Positions 16,153 to 24,394 of a stretch of 32,000 nt of DNA are shown one piece after another. Location: NCBI RefSeq assembly GCF_000012465.1, contig NC_007335.2, forward strand, positions 1,080,001 to 1,112,000, written 5' to 3'. Under the pieces are notes generated by a model that searched no databases, was not told the DNA's origin, and saw only the letters and a list, made by a program, of their open reading frames with translations. Every line of letters starts with the position of its first letter. Positions within the stretch are counted from its first letter, which is position 1. This stretch comes from Prochlorococcus marinus str. NATL2A. Its GTDB lineage: Bacteria > Cyanobacteriota > Cyanobacteriia > PCC-6307 > Cyanobiaceae. The position numbers and the translations under genes are program-made.

Positions 16153-16218
16153 TTAAGCATTAGAAGCGATAAGAGAGAGAAGCCCAGCAGTTAGGGCATC
16201 TAGTAAAAAGCGTTTCAT
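16153..16218 (-). CDS. 21-aa signal-peptide-like ORF coupled to the upstream gene
   Basis: MKRFLLDALTAGLLSLIASNA. Its ATG overlaps the upstream TGA (ATGA). May be a truncated gene head rather than a functional peptide. Confidence 0.3.
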   Translation of the reverse strand: MKRFLLDALTAGLLSLIASNA

Positions 16219-16604
16219 TTTAATTCTTTTAAAACAGCTCGTGAAAATTCGAAAACCCCCTGAACGAGAACCCTTGAATAGACGGAAATAATAGCTAATG
16301 TCCAATAAGCCAATGGAATAACAAGGAGAATCCACCAAATCCTGAAAATATTTGACCAGATAAAATTTAAAGTTGGTATAACTCCAACAAATACCAAGCT
16401 TAAAAGAAAAGCCAATATCAAAACAAATTTTTTACCACCTTTCGTCTTGATAAAAGTCAGTAAGGGTCTTATAAATTTTTCAGGTAGCAAATCTGCCCAA
16501 CAAGATGGTCGATACTTTATCCAAAAGCCCATATCTTTTCTTATCTGTCTGTCATAGGCTGCAAGAATTTCTTTTAGTGTCTTCTTATTAGTCAAGCGGT
16601 TCAT
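16215..16604 (-). CDS. 129-aa membrane protein (operon gene 3)
   Basis: MNRLTNKKTLKEILAAYDRQIRKD.. followed by three hydrophobic segments. ATG at 16604 overlaps the upstream TGA (TGATG). Confidence 0.6.
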   Translation of the reverse strand: MNRLTNKKTLKEILAAYDRQIRKDMGFWIKYRPSCWADLLPEKFIRPLLTFIKTKGGKKFVLILAFLLSLVFVGVIPTLNFIWSNIFRIWWILLVIPLAYWTLAIISVYSRVLVQGVFEFSRAVLKELK

Positions 16605-16795
16605 CACCAAAGTCTCCTTTTGCCAGTCCAGTTATATAGCAACCAAATTACAAACCCAACCATAAACAAAGGCATAAAACTATCGAGTAATAAATAGGTT
16701 GAATAGACGATTAATGGAAAGAAGATGACACGTTTTATATTGAGACGTCTACCTCTCGATAGTTTTTTGAATGGTTTAAGGAAGAAGCGGTTCAT
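16604..16795 (-). CDS. 63-aa membrane protein (operon gene 2)
   Basis: MNRFFLKPFKKLSRGRRLNIKRVIFFPLIVYSTYLLLDSFMPLFMVGFVIWLLYNW.. The start is set at the internal Met whose ATG overlaps the upstream TGA (ATGA). Confidence 0.55.
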   Translation of the reverse strand: MNRFFLKPFKKLSRGRRLNIKRVIFFPLIVYSTYLLLDSFMPLFMVGFVIWLLYNWTGKRRLW

Positions 16796-17187
16796 TTTTT
16801 CCCTTTTAGCAATCCATAAGTACAAAAAACTGGGTTTGCAATTAGAACAATCCAAAACGGTGGTGGTGGGCCAGCATCAACAATGACTCCTGCATTAAGA
16901 GTATTGAATACGGCAACTATTAAGAGGCAAGACATTAATGCCAATTCACCTAGTAAAACTTTCTTGGCAGATTCGTGATCTCTGATGGAACTAGAAATTA
17001 TCAATAAGAAGCCAATACCTATATTTGTTGCTGCAACAACATCTGCTGTCCCTCTAATAAATAACAATGTTTCTGCTGAGACTGATGGGGCAATGGTATC
17101 AACAGAAAAAATCAACATGTTTATTAGCAGTAACCCCAATAACAAGTGAAGAGATCCAACAGTTTTTAGAATTGTTTTTATTTTCAT
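16792..17187 (-). CDS. 131-aa polytopic membrane protein (operon gene 1)
   Basis: MKIKTILKTVGSLHLLLGLLLINMLIF.. with four hydrophobic helices. ATG at 17187 is preferred over the GTG at 17232. Confidence 0.6.
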   Translation of the reverse strand: MKIKTILKTVGSLHLLLGLLLINMLIFSVDTIAPSVSAETLLFIRGTADVVAATNIGIGFLLIISSSIRDHESAKKVLLGELALMSCLLIVAVFNTLNAGVIVDAGPPPPFWIVLIANPVFCTYGLLKGKK

Positions 17188-17273
17188 TAATAGAATTCGA
17201 AAGTTGAAGTCACAGAACTTGTTGGTTCTCACTCGGCATTAAAGCATTTTCAAAAACTAATGACATCTTTTGC

Positions 17274-17456
17274 ATGCGTAATGGCATAGCTTGTTGCCTT
17301 GCTAACGGTTCCACTAATGCTTTACATCAGGGTGTTAGATACAAAAAAACCAGAATCAACAAATATAAAATTTACGGCTGGACTTGGAAAAAGATAGTTG
17401 ATATTTATGGCTTTAGTCCTACTACTGCTAGGCGGTGGCTTTGGCTTGAAGACTAG
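17274..17456 (+). CDS. small HTH-motif ORF; only copy of the C-repeat family with a start codon
   Basis: ..YGWTWKKIVDIYGFSPTTARRWLWLED has a classic helix-turn-helix pattern (W.KI....G.S..TARRW). The N-terminal 35 aa look non-genic, so it may itself be a remnant. Confidence 0.3.
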   Translation: MRNGIACCLANGSTNALHQGVRYKKTRINKYKIYGWTWKKIVDIYGFSPTTARRWLWLED

Positions 17457-17483
17457 GCAAAAGCAAACCCCATAGAAATCAAT

Positions 17484-17777
17484 TCAACCAACCAAGCCTG
17501 TCTTTTGATAAGTCTCATCAACATTGGTCATTTCTTCATCATCTTCATGAAATGAACATGTATACATAAGATTTATCACACGGTCCAGGTCAATCTTTCT
17601 ATCTGCAACATCCTGCCAAAGCCTCTTAGTTAACTCTTCATCACCTCGGGCAAATTGAGCCTGTACTAAATCCCGTACAACCTGAAAAACAGCTTGGCGG
17701 TCATTTCTTATTCTTGCCTCTTGGGTTCCTATTGGAGCTTGCGATGACTTTGAAGAGAATTTGTTTTTTAGATTCAT
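17484..17777 (-). CDS. hypothetical 97-aa protein
   Basis: Clean ATG ORF with helical charged composition (..RNDRQAVFQVVRDLVQAQFARGDEELTKRLWQDVADRKIDLDRV..). Confidence 0.55.
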   Translation of the reverse strand: MNLKNKFSSKSSQAPIGTQEARIRNDRQAVFQVVRDLVQAQFARGDEELTKRLWQDVADRKIDLDRVINLMYTCSFHEDDEEMTNVDETYQKTGLVG

Positions 17778-17882
17778 TGTATTTTCCTTAATGTTTGTAT
17801 CTATTTTTACAAAAAATTGATTTGTGGCAATCAGTATTTATTTTGATCTTTCAAAAGTTTGATAGAACAAATGAATATTTCT

Positions 17883-17918
17883 ACTACTAATGTTCGTTTG
17901 AGTTAGGGCTTTCCAATC
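17883..17918 (+). repeat. A-element right-end fragment A5
   Basis: actactaatgttcgtttgagttagggctttccaatc. Confidence 0.55.
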
Positions 17919-18157
17919 TATTTTTTCTTTTTCTTGCTGTAATCCCGTTTGGTATCAACCTTGTTGCCTCGCAAATCAAGAGTACCTAAATACATCTCCT
18001 CTCCAAATAAATCGTTTAGTTGCTTTTCCGTAATTGGTTCAAGGGCAGGTGCCTCAACTATTTCTTCTTGGGGCATCATCTCAACCTCCTGTGCTTGTAA
18101 TGAAAGAGGGCAGAAAAACAAAAGAAGACCAAGAACAAAAGAGAAAAGTTTTTTCAT
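17918..18157 (-). CDS. 79-aa secreted protein
   Basis: Signal peptide MKKLFSFVLGLLLFFCPLSLQA, then an acidic region and a K-rich tail. The aaggag SD lies 2-3 nt upstream of the ATG at 18157. Confidence 0.55.
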   Translation of the reverse strand: MKKLFSFVLGLLLFFCPLSLQAQEVEMMPQEEIVEAPALEPITEKQLNDLFGEEMYLGTLDLRGNKVDTKRDYSKKKKK

Positions 18158-18163
18158 CTCCTT

Positions 18164-18179
18164 GAATCGACTGTCAACC
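18164..18179 (-). repeat. B-motif copy B4 (motif only, abuts SD of 17918..18157)
   Basis: The minus strand reads ggttgacagtcgattcaaggagATG. Confidence 0.5.
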
Positions 18180-18299
18180 AAGCTTTGAATCTACCAATCC
18201 GGATATTCCCCTTGGACTGGTTCTTCATAAAAATCACCTTTTTCTATCCCAGAGAAATATTCAATTAAAAACTCTGGCTGCTTTACTTGGTCTTCCAAC

Positions 18300-18467
18300 T
18301 TATGCGTCAGTTTCTTCTACTTGCTCAGTTTTTGTTTCTTGATTTGCTTTGTCTTTAGAGCAACCGCCTTCACCCCAACCCCAAGCAAGAGATGGACCAG
18401 CAATAACTGAAAGAGCAAAAACTATTGGAATAACCTTTTTCACTTTGAATTCAAAAGTAGGATCCAT
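18300..18467 (-). CDS. 55-aa secreted peptide
   Basis: MDPTFEFKVKKVIPIVFALSVIAGPSLAWGWGEGGCSKDKANQETKTEQVEETDA. Hand-translated. Confidence 0.4.
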   Translation of the reverse strand: MDPTFEFKVKKVIPIVFALSVIAGPSLAWGWGEGGCSKDKANQETKTEQVEETDA

Positions 18468-18664
18468 ATCTTAAGGGTATTTTTCTAAGTCCGTTAATTG
18501 CAGTTGATTCAACTACTTTTGATCATATTCCTGGCGCATATCTGACACAAACGGCTGTGTTAGCCTTGAAAATAAAAAACAACGGCTGGGAACCGCTGCT
18601 TAAATTTTTAATTCGGTCAAAAATAATACTTCTCCTATTTTTAGATTTTTGATATGAATGAAAT

Positions 18665-18928
18665 ATGGATACTCCTCTATTTTTAAAAGTAAAATGCGGT
18701 GACGCTGTTCTTTATGAAAAGGACCAGATTGGAAAAGTTCTTACATTTGTTGGCGGCTCTCGTGATCCTTATGCACCCTCACTCTTTCAAATTGCGAACG
18801 TAGATTCTGGAGAAATCCGCTGGATTCATGGTGAAGAAGTTACTGACATAGTTAGCGAATATCGGACAACAATCAAAAAGCCTTCTTCGCTTTACTGGCA
18901 AATACAGCAGCAACAACAACAACAATAA
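18665..18928 (+). CDS. small conserved hypothetical with poly-Gln C-terminus
   Basis: MDTPLFLKVKCGDAVLYEKDQIGKVLTFVGGSRDPYAPSLFQIANVDSGEIRWIHGEEV... ends QQQQQQQ. Paralog of 2693..2950. Confidence 0.7.
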   Translation: MDTPLFLKVKCGDAVLYEKDQIGKVLTFVGGSRDPYAPSLFQIANVDSGEIRWIHGEEVTDIVSEYRTTIKKPSSLYWQIQQQQQQQ

Positions 18929-18930
18929 AA

Positions 18931-18956
18931 AGAGGGGCTATTTGCCCCTCTTTTTA
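18931..18956. terminator. bidirectional rho-independent terminator
   Basis: aaaaAGAGGGGCtatttGCCCCTCTtttt is a perfect hairpin with an A-run and a T-run, placed between convergent genes. Confidence 0.75.
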
Positions 18957-18968
18957 TTCTTTCTAACC

Positions 18969-19122
18969 CTGCATAAGTCGCAGTTTCCCTTTTGTGGGAT
19001 GGTGAAAGGAGTAAATAGTTTCATAAGACCCCCTCTTTCTACACCTTTGGTCTAATCCTTCTGATTGCTTATTAGGAGTAGGAAAACACTACAAAAAGTT
19101 GAATAAAAAGTTAATTTCTAAG
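18969..19122 (+). repeat. G-element copy G3
   Basis: Fills the gap between terminator 18931..18956 and the stop codon of 19118..19282. Confidence 0.7.
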
Positions 19123-19282
19123 TGATCCTTCTGTTGATTCTTTTTCTTAAATTCTTTAGTTGAACATTGAATCTTAATCGCTTTATATGATCTAGCTTTT
19201 CAGCAATATCACTAGGCATGGTCCTTGCTGCCTTAACCATTGCGAAAGCATACCTATGAGTCTCTTTGGGAAAAGAATCCAT
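19118..19282 (-). CDS. 54-aa 'MDS..HRYAF' family paralog
   Basis: Hand-translated MDSFPKETHRYAFAMVKAARTMPSDIAEKLDHIKRLRFNVQLKNLRKRINRRIT. Missed by the track (<60 aa). Confidence 0.6.
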   Translation of the reverse strand: MDSFPKETHRYAFAMVKAARTMPSDIAEKLDHIKRLRFNVQLKNLRKRINRRIT

Positions 19283-19385
19283 GGTCGAAGCACGGTTTGG
19301 TTTTAATACGATGCCGAAACGATAATCATTTGTCTATAAAGAAAATTACTTAAATTGCCCACCTCCGAGCAAGAGATAAAGAAAA

Positions 19386-19521
19386 GATTGGATAGCTCTA
19401 CCTCAACCGAACAGCAGTAGTGGAGAAGTTCTTTTTAAAATGTTCTTAACTTGATGACGTACTAAGAGGCGTAATCAAATTAGATCGGGGGACAGTCGAC
19501 GAAATCCTGTCCTCTCTTCGC
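19386..19521 (-). repeat. A-element copy A3 (inverted)
   Basis: gattggatagctctacctcaaccgaacagc ... gatcgggggacagtcgacgaaatcctgtcctctcttcgc. Confidence 0.75.
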
Positions 19522-19716
19522 AAAACTTCCTCACACAGTTTTAGTCAACCCTCCGCTGAGAGGGTTTTCTTTTATGGCTTCATTTGATAAAGCAGCATTC
19601 GAAAAGAAAGCTTTTAAGTTTGTTCCTTATCTTATTTTGGGAAAAATTATATTTGCCGCTTGGTTTATTTCCTACTTAGTGAAGCTTTAACTTTTGCCTA
19701 GTTAGCAACTCATGTC

Positions 19717-19733
19717 CCACCGCCTAGCAGCAG
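19717..19733 (-). repeat. C-repeat copy C4 (left half only)
   Basis: ccaccgcctagcagcag = reverse complement of ctgctgctaggcggtgg. Confidence 0.5.
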
Positions 19734-20046
19734 TTTGACTAATGCCATGTATATCAGCGTAACTTTATTTATAACAAGAGTATTAATTGAACTAGATCAG
19801 CCAGAAAGGTAGAAAAGGTAATTTGATTAATGCCGATCGGAATTATTTTTTTAAGAATTTAATTAGCCGTAGACAACTGTTTCCACAAGAAGCTAAAAAC
19901 AAATTCACTAGATTTTCACCTCTTGTCTATATCAGTACTTCTTTTTGTCCTGAAAGTACGATCAAGGAATTAGGAATCAAAAATCGGCCGAAAAGGACTT
20001 GTGATGAAAGTCCTTTTAATTGGATATATGACAACAAGGAGACTTG

Positions 20047-20793
20047 CTACTGTTTATCAAGCTGGTTTAGAAACTTTCTACTTCTCTCGTGTCTTGCATT
20101 AGAAAAGAAGATATTTGGAGGAGATGTTTCTATGACTTTACCTGAATCCATAAATAAAACTTGATCACTGACGTCTTTAGCAAAACCAATTTCGTGTGTT
20201 ACAACAACCATTGTCATTCCTTGCCGAGCAAGTTTTCTCATTGCATCGAGTACTTCGTTGATTCGTTCTGGATCTAGAGCGCTAGTGGGTTCATCAAATA
20301 GAAGTAGTTCAGGCTTTAAGGCTAAAGCTCTAGCGATGGCTACTCGTTGTTGCTCTCCTCCGCTAAGTTGACTTGGGTATTTTTTTGCATGTGAATCTAT
20401 TCCCATTTGATTTAAAAGATACATGCCATATTCTTCCGCTTCAGCTTGACGACGTTTTTGCACATGTACTGGAGCGAGAGTGATGTTTTCAAGGATTGAG
20501 AGATGAGGGAATAAATTGAATTGTTGAAAAACCATTCCTACTCTTCTTCTTATTTTTTGGATTTTCCTTTCATCATGAGTGGAATCTATTTTTATTCCTA
20601 GAATATTTAGTTCTCCTCTATCAAAAGTTTCAAGACCATTAAAAGTTCGAATCAGAGTACTTTTCCCTGAGCCTGAGGGACCCATGACTACTAGGACTTT
20701 CCCTTGATTAACTGTAAGAGAAACATTGTCGAGAGCTCGTAATCCTTTTGTGTAAGACTTAGAGAGATTCTTCGCAACAACAATAGGTTCCAT
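20047..20793 (-). CDS. aapP: amino-acid ABC transporter ATP-binding protein
   Basis: Walker A GPSGSGKST, signature LSGGEQQRVAIARAL, Walker B LLLFDEPTSALD, H-loop VVVTHE. Confidence 0.95.
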   Translation of the reverse strand: MEPIVVAKNLSKSYTKGLRALDNVSLTVNQGKVLVVMGPSGSGKSTLIRTFNGLETFDRGELNILGIKIDSTHDERKIQKIRRRVGMVFQQFNLFPHLSILENITLAPVHVQKRRQAEAEEYGMYLLNQMGIDSHAKKYPSQLSGGEQQRVAIARALALKPELLLFDEPTSALDPERINEVLDAMRKLARQGMTMVVVTHEIGFAKDVSDQVLFMDSGKVIETSPPNIFFSNARHERSRKFLNQLDKQ

Positions 20794-20799
20794 GAATTA

Positions 20800-21834
20800 T
20801 TAGAAATTAGCTTGATTAATGGTCATTCTTTGTTCAAGATGTCTTGCAAGAACAGCCATGATTGTACAAACGATCCAATAGACACACGCTAGCCAAACAT
20901 AAACTTCAATATATTGACCAATAAATTCTGGATTAGCCAGGATACTTCTGCCTATGCCTAGTAACTCCACTAACCCTAAAATAGCCATTAACGATGTATT
21001 TTGAAAAAGTCCAATGGATTGATTTGTGAGAGCAGGTAATGCAATGCGTAAAGCTTGAGGAATTAATATGAATTGTATGATTTGGTATTGATTAAGGCCA
21101 AGACTATTTGCTGCCTCTATTTGAGTGTTGGGAATTGACTGTAGTCCGCCACGAATGTCTTCCGCTATGTACGCTGAGACAAATAGCGTAAACGCAAAGA
21201 TAGCTCTCCAAACACGATCAATTTCTATTTCAACTGGGAGAAATAAAGGTATTAGTAGTTGACCAAAGAAAAGCACTGCAATAAGCGGTATTGCTCTCAT
21301 AACATCTATAAAGATTGAACTTAGCTTTTGAATTATTGGTAATGAACTATGTCGACATAGTGCTAAAATTATTCCAATTGGTAATGATAATAACGAGCTA
21401 CAAACAGTTAGCAGTATAGTTAGAGTTAATCCACCCCATTGTCTACTCATTATAGGCGATAAGCCAATTCCACCATAAAGTAAATATAGACCCAATGGTA
21501 TTGTTCCTACCCACAGTATTAGTAGGTGTTTACGTAGCCATTTCCACTCAGGACCATAAAGAGTAAAGATACTGAGTGAAAGAAGACTGATGATCCAAGT
21601 AGCAGGTCTCCATTGTTCATTAGATGGAAAACTACCAAATGCGTATAAAGGGAGATTTGATATTACAACTTTCCAATTAGCCTTAAATATGAGCCATTCA
21701 AAAGTATTAAAACAAGCTACGCTAAGAAATAATATAATGAGCAAAGTAATAATTGTATTGAATAAATTTGAAAACAATGTTTTTCTTGCATTCTTGAAGA
21801 AAATTATTAATGAACTTGTATAAATTCCGAACAT
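20800..21834 (-). CDS. aapM: amino-acid ABC transporter permease (AapM/NatH-like)
   Basis: Polytopic protein with EAA-type loop FVSAYIAEDIRGGLQSIPNTQIEAANSLGLNQYQ. Confidence 0.9.
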   Translation of the reverse strand: MFGIYTSSLIIFFKNARKTLFSNLFNTIITLLIILFLSVACFNTFEWLIFKANWKVVISNLPLYAFGSFPSNEQWRPATWIISLLSLSIFTLYGPEWKWLRKHLLILWVGTIPLGLYLLYGGIGLSPIMSRQWGGLTLTILLTVCSSLLSLPIGIILALCRHSSLPIIQKLSSIFIDVMRAIPLIAVLFFGQLLIPLFLPVEIEIDRVWRAIFAFTLFVSAYIAEDIRGGLQSIPNTQIEAANSLGLNQYQIIQFILIPQALRIALPALTNQSIGLFQNTSLMAILGLVELLGIGRSILANPEFIGQYIEVYVWLACVYWIVCTIMAVLARHLEQRMTINQANF

Positions 21835-21837
21835 ATA

Positions 21838-22737
21838 TCAACTGTATCTTTGTGATTTTAAAATTAATCTATTTATGATTTCCATGGCATTAGTTATCAA
21901 TAAATTTAATAGCAAGAAGCTAAAAAGTAATATAATAAAACACTCGATAGCTCTACCTGTTTGATTAATGATAGTATCATTAATTGCGTAAATATCTGAA
22001 TATCCAACGGCTATAGCTAAGGTACTATTTTTAGCAAGGTTAAGGTATTGACTTGTTAGTCCAGGAATGATCGCTGGTAATGCCTGTGGAAGTATTATGC
22101 GGATAAGTCCTTTTCTTTCTGAAATTCCTAAGCTCCTAAACGCTTCCCATTGCCCTCTCGAAACAGAAAGAATACCTCCGCGGATCACCTCTGCTATGTA
22201 AGCACTTGTAAAGATACTTAGACCAAATAATAATGCTAGAAACTCCGAAGAAAAAGTTAATCCTGAAAACTCTATTCCTTTATTTGAAATATTAAATATA
22301 TTTTTTATTTGGATAAACATATTGTCTTTTAAACCTAAGAACCCAACAAAATACCAAAACATAAGTTGAAGTAAAAGAGGGGTTTGTCTAATTATTGTGA
22401 TGTAACCAGCCGAAATGAGACCTAGTAATGAATTCGTACCTGTCCTTGCAAAGCCTATCAGTGTCCCCAAGAAAGTAGCCAATATTAATGATGAGACAAT
22501 AACTTTAAGACTGTTAAGCCAACCTATAAATAAAGCCCAAGCATAGCTATCTGAAGAGGTATAAGGTAAGGGGTGTTCCGCTAAAGCAAAACTTGCTGGT
22601 TTAAAAAGCCAGCTAAAATTAAAACCAAGACCTGTTCTTATTAGATTTATTGTTAAATTATTAATCAGTATCCCAAATAAACCAAAAAAGATAATAGATA
22701 TTCCAAATTGCAAAAATAATTTTTGATTTTTTTTCAT
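21838..22737 (-). CDS. aapQ: amino-acid ABC transporter permease (AapQ/NatG-like)
   Basis: Polytopic protein with EAA-type loop FTSAYIAEVIRGGILSVSRGQWEAFRSLGISERK. Confidence 0.9.
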   Translation of the reverse strand: MKKNQKLFLQFGISIIFFGLFGILINNLTINLIRTGLGFNFSWLFKPASFALAEHPLPYTSSDSYAWALFIGWLNSLKVIVSSLILATFLGTLIGFARTGTNSLLGLISAGYITIIRQTPLLLQLMFWYFVGFLGLKDNMFIQIKNIFNISNKGIEFSGLTFSSEFLALLFGLSIFTSAYIAEVIRGGILSVSRGQWEAFRSLGISERKGLIRIILPQALPAIIPGLTSQYLNLAKNSTLAIAVGYSDIYAINDTIINQTGRAIECFIILLFSFLLLNLLITNAMEIINRLILKSQRYS

Positions 22738-22755
22738 TCCCGCAATAAATTATTT

Positions 22756-23817
22756 TTAGTTAAATGGTGGTGAAATATGTACACCTCCTTTCTTGTACAA
22801 CTCATTTTGTCCTCTTGGAATAGGTACTTCGCTATTTTGTCCTAAATGTCTTTCGTAAATCTCTCCATAATTGCCTGTTGAGCTAATTACTTTAACTACG
22901 AAGTCATTGCTAAGTCCAATTTTTTCTCCTAGTCCCCCATCAATACCTAAAAATCTTCTTAAAGGTTTTAACTGAGGATTATTCTTTGCAATTTGAACTT
23001 TTTTATCAATATTTGATTTTGTTATCCCTTGCTCTTCTGCCGATATAAGGGAAAAGACAACCCATCTCATTGCATCAGCTAGTTTCTGATCTTGGCCATC
23101 AGAAGCAGGAGCAAGTGGCTCCTTGCTCAATACATCATCAAGAATAATATGTTCTTGTGGATTCTTAAAGCCAGATCTAGCTGCAGCCAACTGTGAACGA
23201 TCAGAAGTCATAGCTGAACAACGACCCTGTAAATAACCAGCAACCACTTGATTAAGATCTTGATATTTGATTGGTGTATAAGGCAGTGAGGCACTCTCAA
23301 ATGCATCATTTATATTTTGCTCAGTAGTGGTACCTGAACCTACACATATAGATTTATTTGCAAGATCTTTGAGACCACTAATTTTACTTTCCTTCTTGAC
23401 CATCAATCCCTGGCCATCATGGAAGACAACTGGTGCAAAAGTTAATCCATTTCCTCCTGAGGAATCTCTACTGAGAGTGAAAGTGGTATTTCTTGACAAA
23501 AGGTCAATTTCCCCAGTTTTAATAGCTGTGAATCTTTCTGCTGCAGTTAGAGGTCTATATTGAATTTTTTCTGAATCTCCTATGATTGCAGCAGCAAATG
23601 CTTTACATATATCGACATCTAGTCCTTGATAAGTGCCATCACTTTTCAGAAAACTAAATCCAGGAATCTTTCCACTTACTCCACAAATCAACTCATTACG
23701 ATTTTTTATTAGGTTAAGTCTAGAACTATTGTCTTGATTTGTTGTCGCACAGCCAGCTGATAGAGCTGCTAGACCAACTATTACAGATACCAATCGACGC
23801 ATAATTTTTTTAATCAT
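22756..23817 (-). CDS. aapJ: general L-amino-acid-binding lipoprotein (AapJ/NatF-like)
   Basis: Lipobox LSAGC. Collinear with AapJ-type binding proteins as I remember them: LICGV..PGFS, RPLTAAERFTA..GE.DLLSRNTT.T..RD, HDGQG.MV, GTTTE.N, SKEPL.PA, VGNYGEIYER. Confidence 0.9.
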   Translation of the reverse strand: MIKKIMRRLVSVIVGLAALSAGCATTNQDNSSRLNLIKNRNELICGVSGKIPGFSFLKSDGTYQGLDVDICKAFAAAIIGDSEKIQYRPLTAAERFTAIKTGEIDLLSRNTTFTLSRDSSGGNGLTFAPVVFHDGQGLMVKKESKISGLKDLANKSICVGSGTTTEQNINDAFESASLPYTPIKYQDLNQVVAGYLQGRCSAMTSDRSQLAAARSGFKNPQEHIILDDVLSKEPLAPASDGQDQKLADAMRWVVFSLISAEEQGITKSNIDKKVQIAKNNPQLKPLRRFLGIDGGLGEKIGLSNDFVVKVISSTGNYGEIYERHLGQNSEVPIPRGQNELYKKGGVHISPPFN

Positions 23818-24107
23818 TAAATTTGATTTTCGCCAGTTATTTCTGTTTCCTAGGCAATTAAAGAAAATCTTTTACTTTTTCTTCATTGAAAGTTGTGATC
23901 CCAAAAATAAAGCTTACTAGATGTAATTTCTAATCTCCCTCAGTTTGATTTGGTCTTAATTATTGTGATTTATTTCCCTGTCTGGTGTTTACTTTATTTT
24001 TCTTTCTTGTGCTTTAGAACTTCTTTTTCAGTGGCTATTTTTGTCGCTAAGGGTAGAAAAAATTACGCAAAAGTAGTCGAAGCCTTTCCGCTTATGCAAA
24101 CACTTAT

Positions 24108-24129
24108 TTAAGCCATAGACCACCGACTG
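24108..24129 (-). repeat. C-repeat copy C8
   Basis: ttaagccatagaccaccgactg. 14 nt (cggtggtctatggc) are a perfect inverted match to C3. Confidence 0.65.
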
Positions 24130-24303
24130 AAAGTACTAGGAGAAACACTATAGAAGTGAGAGTTTCTTCCAGCTCCAACCATATTCTTACCTGTTAATTT
24201 TTGTTTTCTTAGTGACTAACGCCTAGATAAACAGCATTAGTGGAACCATAAGCACAGCGCAAAGCCATGCGAAAGCACAAGTAAATGACATTAATTTTAG
24301 AAA

Positions 24304-24367
24304 TACTTTTGTTAGAAGAGCCTGAAGAGATGGCCTTCTGTGCTGAAACTTTAAAAGAAGTATGTAA
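24304..24367 (+). promoter_or_regulatory. E-element copy 1, 28 nt upstream of ATG 24395
   Basis: tacttttgttagaagagcctgaagagatggccttctgtgctgaaactttaaaagaagtatgtaa. Confidence 0.55.
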
Positions 24368-24394
24368 CCCTGTTGAAGATTGTCACCACATTTA

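Noticed and set aside
18969-19122. G element as a glutamine riboswitch (glnA / Downstream-peptide type)
   Set aside because: Only a loose resemblance (GGAGUAGG..AGAAC versus GGAAGUAGG..GGAACGC). There is no downstream short ORF in the right orientation in two of three copies. Left as something to test with cmscan, not called.
19823-20164. 113-aa plus-strand ORF (TTG start)
   Set aside because: Its last ~120 nt run antisense through the well-supported ABC ATPase gene. Its composition is low-complexity and no motif was recognised. Most likely a chance ORF in AT-rich DNA.
21590-21823. Antisense ORFs inside strong genes (also 23327..23563, 28079..28282, 7762..7956, 10105..10299, 12442..12624)
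   Set aside because: Each lies wholly within, and opposite to, a gene with clear family signatures (ABC permease, AapJ, HupE, cupin, ClpS, ferredoxin). They are shadow ORFs.
24053-24066. NtcA-type box GTA-N8-TAC upstream of the aap operon
   Set aside because: This degenerate 6-nt pattern is expected several times by chance in 32 kb. It lies ~240 nt from the aapJ start and has no properly spaced TAN3T -10 box on either strand.
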